Positions 18,451-22,048 of a stretch of DNA of 22,048 bases are shown here, in pieces. Every line of letters begins with the position of its first letter. The stretch's first letter is position 1. The DNA is from a virus (lineage: Duplodnaviria; Heunggongvirae; Uroviricota; Caudoviricetes), in IMG/VR virus record IMGVR_UViG_3300030444_000103, positions 1 through 22,048 of that record; one strand, 5' to 3'. Position numbers and translations under genes: made by a program. The notes under the pieces are model-generated. The model was not told the origin of the DNA. It ran no database searches and saw only the letters and a program-made list of their open reading frames with translations.

Positions 18451-19608
18451 TTACTCCACCTTCCCATCAAGCCAGTCCGCCCACCACTGCATCATTTCTC
18501 TGCGCTTATCGAGATACTGAGCATGGTTGTAAATCCCACGCACAGATCCGCCGTTGGCGTGTGCCAGTTGCACTTCAATAGCGTCAGCAGGCCATTCGTG
18601 CTCGTTCATAATCGTGCTGAATTCATGCCTGAATCCGTGACCGCTTTCCAGACCCTCATAGCCGATTTGTTTGATCACAAGCAATACCGCGTTCTCGCAG
18701 ATTGGCTTCTTCTTATCGTTGCGCCCGGCAAAAACAAACTCTGATACTGGTTTGGTGATTGAGCTTAGCGTAGTGAGAAGCTCAACCACCTGGTCCGACA
18801 TCGGTACTACATGAATCTTGCGGCCCTTCATCACACTGGCGTCGATGGTGATAATCCTGTTTTCAAAATCGACGTTCTTCCATAGCATGGAACGAAGCTC
18901 TTTTGTTCTTAGGGCTGTGTAGCGTAAAACTTTGGTCGCAATGAGCGATACGATACTTCCTGAAAATGTTGCCAGTGCTTTGTTGAATGCAGGGATCTGG
19001 TCTGCAGGAAGAAACGGGAAGTTCTTCTTGCGGTATCCTTTCATGGCGTCTGCAAGGTCAGGTGCCGGGTTATATTTAGCCCTTCCGGTGACAATAGCGT
19101 AACGGAAAACCTCTCCGCATCTTCTGCGGGCTTTGTTGGCTCGCTCCATTGCACCGCGATCTTCGAATCTGCGGATTACTTCCAGCAGTTGCATCGGCTC
19201 AATATCCTGAATCTCAAGGCCGCCGATGATGGGTAAAATGTCGTCGTCAAACATTTTGGCAAGTTCGTTTGCATAGCCTACTGACCAGACTTGCTTCTTG
19301 TGCTCGTACCATTCCTTGTAAATCGCACTAAATGAATTGTTGTTAGACGAAGCCTTTTTCGCCTTTACCGGATCGATGCCAACCGAGATGTCTTTCCTCG
19401 CGGTCCATGCTTTATCCCTTGCTTCCTGCAAAGTCATAAGCGGATATTTTCCGACGGTCAGGATTTTCTCCTTACCGTCAATCTTGTAGCGAAGCTGCCA
19501 TACCTTTTTCCCGGATACAGGGACATAAAGGTACAGGCCATTACCATCGAGAAGGCGGTATGGTTTTTCTTTCGGCTTTGCTGCTTCAATCTGCTTAACG
19601 GTGAGCAT
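18451..19608 (-). CDS. intS: P4-family tyrosine integrase, IntS-like (385 aa)
   Basis: Track ORF 18451..19644; ATG at 19608 gives MLTVKQIEAAKPKEKPYRLLDGNGLYLYVPVSGKKVWQLRYKIDGKEK..., matching recalled IntS; lies next to tRNA-Arg. Confidence 0.9.
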   Translation of the reverse strand: MLTVKQIEAAKPKEKPYRLLDGNGLYLYVPVSGKKVWQLRYKIDGKEKILTVGKYPLMTLQEARDKAWTARKDISVGIDPVKAKKASSNNNSFSAIYKEWYEHKKQVWSVGYANELAKMFDDDILPIIGGLEIQDIEPMQLLEVIRRFEDRGAMERANKARRRCGEVFRYAIVTGRAKYNPAPDLADAMKGYRKKNFPFLPADQIPAFNKALATFSGSIVSLIATKVLRYTALRTKELRSMLWKNVDFENRIITIDASVMKGRKIHVVPMSDQVVELLTTLSSITKPVSEFVFAGRNDKKKPICENAVLLVIKQIGYEGLESGHGFRHEFSTIMNEHEWPADAIEVQLAHANGGSVRGIYNHAQYLDKRREMMQWWADWLDGKVE

Positions 19609-19769
19609 GGGTAAAAATCCGGTGGGTAAAATTATTTTATCCACTTTTTACCCGTCATGGAGTGCGGCTGTCAACGATCTGAAGCGAACCATGACGAACT
19701 GTGAATCTACGGAAGGCTTGATATTCAGGGGATTTTGCGGACTGGTACGGATGGGAGCGAACTGATAAA

Positions 19770-19844
19770 TGGTGTCCCCTGCAGGAATCGAACCTGCAAT
19801 TAGCCCTTAGGAGGGGCTCGTTATATCCATTTAACTAAGAGGAC
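19770..19844 (-). tRNA. argW: tRNA-Arg (anticodon CCU)
   Basis: Reverse complement GTCCTCTTAGTTAAATGGATATAACGAGCCCCTCCTAAGGGCTAATTGCAGGTTCGATTCCTGCAGGGGACACCA folds as a cloverleaf with anticodon CCT and an encoded CCA. Confidence 0.9.
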
Positions 19845-19919
19845 AATGCGGCATGAGTATACCCGCTAATGGAGTGCGGGGTAAGTACGCTGCCGCTCGA
19901 TTGCTTAAACCCTCGCCAT

Positions 19920-20852
19920 TTATGCCGGGTTTTTATAATTTTTCTTAATGTTTTCCGCACGTTCTGCTTTTTGGCGTGCTTCTGCTTTACGCTTATTGCT
20001 CATGTCGTTACGAATCTGTGCATGACTCATTAACGCGAAGATAAAGGTGCCGCCGCAGATGTTCCCCGCTAAAGTAGGTAGTGCGAAGGGCCAGATGAAA
20101 TCGCTCCAGTGCAGCGTACCGTTAAACACCAGATAGAGGATTTCAACAGAACCGACCACGATATGGGTGGTGTCACCCAGGGCAATAAGCCAGGTCATCA
20201 ATATAATCACCACAATCTTTGCCGCACCCGCTGCAGGAAACATCCAAACCATAGTGGCGATCAGCCAGCCGGAAATGATCGCGTTGGCAAACATCTCGCT
20301 GGGGGTGTTCTTCATCACATCCATGCCGATTTTGACAAATGCATCGCGAGTTTCTTCATTGAAGATAGGCATATATTCAAATGCCCACGCCGCAATACCT
20401 GTCCCGAGAATATTACCCAGCAGCACGACGCCCCATAACCGTATAAGTAAGCCGACGTTGCTCATTGTCGGTTTTTGCATGACGGGTAGTACCGCAGTCA
20501 CGGTATTTTCGGTAAATAATTGCTGGCGGGCCATAATGACGATAATAAAACCAAAGGTATAACCGAGATTCTCCAGCAAGAAGCTGCCCGGCACACCTTC
20601 CAGTTCGACATGAAATATCCCTTTTGCCAGTAACGAAGCGCCCATCGACAGACCCGCCGCAATGGCTGACCACAGTAGCGCCATTGCGTCGCGTTCCAGC
20701 TCTTTTTCACCATCCTGGCGGATATGCTCATGAATTGCCATCGCCCGGGAGGGGAGTCGGTCTTCATCTATTTCTATTTTTTTGCCGCGCTCTTTTTCTT
20801 CGCTCTCAACTTCAATTTCGTCGCTGTGTTGATCAATTTTGTCGTTGTCCAT
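19920..20852 (-). CDS. yfdC: Inner-membrane protein YfdC (formate/nitrite-transporter-like)
   Basis: 310-aa polytopic membrane protein in the conserved position between argW and mlaA. Confidence 0.85.
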   Translation of the reverse strand: MDNDKIDQHSDEIEVESEEKERGKKIEIDEDRLPSRAMAIHEHIRQDGEKELERDAMALLWSAIAAGLSMGASLLAKGIFHVELEGVPGSFLLENLGYTFGFIIVIMARQQLFTENTVTAVLPVMQKPTMSNVGLLIRLWGVVLLGNILGTGIAAWAFEYMPIFNEETRDAFVKIGMDVMKNTPSEMFANAIISGWLIATMVWMFPAAGAAKIVVIILMTWLIALGDTTHIVVGSVEILYLVFNGTLHWSDFIWPFALPTLAGNICGGTFIFALMSHAQIRNDMSNKRKAEARQKAERAENIKKNYKNPA

Positions 20853-21145
20853 GGTCTCTTCTCTTGAATTAGCACGTATAGCTAAAGCGTAGCGGCTTTT
20901 TTGCTCGCAACTGACGGGAGTTACTCTGAAAATGTAGAAAAGGCTGCGTTTGCCTTTTTCTGTTTCTATAGAATCAAGTAGCCTACAGGGCGGCGATTAC
21001 CAGGCTATGATCAAATCAGCAAATCAGGGCGTCTGGACATCAGTTGACGTGCTGTTACAATCGCCCACACCTAAACAGGCGGATACGGTATCGTTCCGTC
21101 ATGGATGGCAAACTGCATAAGCCATAAAAAAACAGGGAGACATTT

Positions 21146-21901
21146 ATGAAGCTTCGCCTGTCGGCGCTTGCTCTGGGAACTACGCTTCTGGTGGGGTGTG
21201 CGAGTTCCGGTACAGATCAGCAAGGGCGTTCTGACCCGTTAGAAGGGTTCAACCGCACCATGTACAACTTCAACTTCAATGTATTAGACCCGTATATTGT
21301 TCGACCGGTCGCTGTCGCCTGGCGTGATTATGTTCCGCAACCGGCGCGTAACGGTTTGAGCAACTTTACCGGCAACCTTGAAGAACCTGCGGTGATGGTT
21401 AACTACTTCTTGCAGGGCGACCCTTATCAGGGGATGGTCCACTTTACCCGCTTTTTCCTGAACACCATTTTGGGGATGGGCGGCTTTATTGATGTTGCAG
21501 GGATGGCGAACCCGAAACTGCAACGGACTGAACCTCACCGCTTCGGTAGTACGCTTGGTCATTATGGCGTGGGTTATGGGCCGTACGTTCAGTTACCATT
21601 CTACGGTAGCTTCACGCTGCGTGATGACGGTGGTGATATGGCGGATGGTCTTTACCCGGTTCTTTCCTGGTTGACCTGGCCGATGTCTGTGGGTAAATGG
21701 ACGCTTGAAGGGATCGAAACCCGCGCTCAGCTGCTGGATTCCGACGGTCTGCTGCGTCAGTCGTCCGATCCTTATATTATGGTGCGCGAAGCGTACTTCC
21801 AGCGTCATGATTTCATCGCTAATGGCGGCGAACTCAAACCGCAGGAAAATCCGAACGCGCAAGCGATTCAGGATGATTTAAAAGATATCGATTCTGAATA
21901 A
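21146..21901 (+). CDS. mlaA: MlaA (VacJ) outer-membrane lipoprotein
   Basis: 251 aa; signal peptide with lipobox LLVGC; sequence matches recalled VacJ/MlaA. Confidence 0.9.
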   Translation: MKLRLSALALGTTLLVGCASSGTDQQGRSDPLEGFNRTMYNFNFNVLDPYIVRPVAVAWRDYVPQPARNGLSNFTGNLEEPAVMVNYFLQGDPYQGMVHFTRFFLNTILGMGGFIDVAGMANPKLQRTEPHRFGSTLGHYGVGYGPYVQLPFYGSFTLRDDGGDMADGLYPVLSWLTWPMSVGKWTLEGIETRAQLLDSDGLLRQSSDPYIMVREAYFQRHDFIANGGELKPQENPNAQAIQDDLKDIDSE

Positions 21902-21910
21902 GAAATAAAT

Positions 21911-21945
21911 AAAAAAGGTGAGTCGCAAAACTCACCTTTTTTGTT
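21911..21945 (+). terminator. Intrinsic terminator after mlaA
   Basis: AAAAAAGGTGAGT-CGCAAA-ACTCACCTTTTTT hairpin flanked by A and T runs, so possibly bidirectional. Confidence 0.6.
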
Positions 21946-22048
21946 GTTATCCCTCAATTACCACAAGTAAAAGGAGATAAACCGACAATGACCCGGACGT
22001 AATGATGTAAAAATACTGATGTTCGTCATTGACTATTTCCGATATTCA

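Noticed and set aside
20109-20872. Plus-strand ORFs 20109..20438, 20167..20562 and 20624..20872
   Set aside because: Antisense shadows inside the yfdC coding region.

Overview
This window is the argW-proximal end of a defective, mosaic lambdoid prophage, with host genes mlaA (vacJ) and yfdC, tRNA-Arg(CCU) argW and a P4-type integrase (IntS-like) at the right edge. All identifications are from reading the sequence and recalling E. coli K-12 homologues; no database search was run. From left to right the prophage carries a Qin-like gene set: the 5' end of the DicF sRNA, ydfC/ydfB/ydfA-like small genes, a DicA-like repressor and divergent DicC-like Cro with shared operator palindromes, a YdaT-like gene, a replication initiator with internal iterons, and a frameshifted DNA methyltransferase. 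A decayed segment follows (three short coupled ORFs each with one in-frame stop, an AT-rich island with a small membrane protein, a hok-family 5' remnant cut by an IS with a frameshifted transposase). Then come flxA with a sigma-28 promoter, relB-relE-hokD, rem-like and ydfU-like genes, antiterminator Q with a pR'/tR'-like promoter-terminator, cspF/cspB-like genes, a pinholin / SAR-endolysin / Rz-Rz1 lysis cassette, cspI-like, gnsB-like, ydfO-like and a ribbon-helix-helix gene. An intact IS1 with no target-site duplication sits between this late region and the integrase, where the head/tail/terminase module is missing. I found no CRISPR array, reverse transcriptase or recognisable restriction/defence operon. 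The most unusual stretch is 4.1-5.4 kb.
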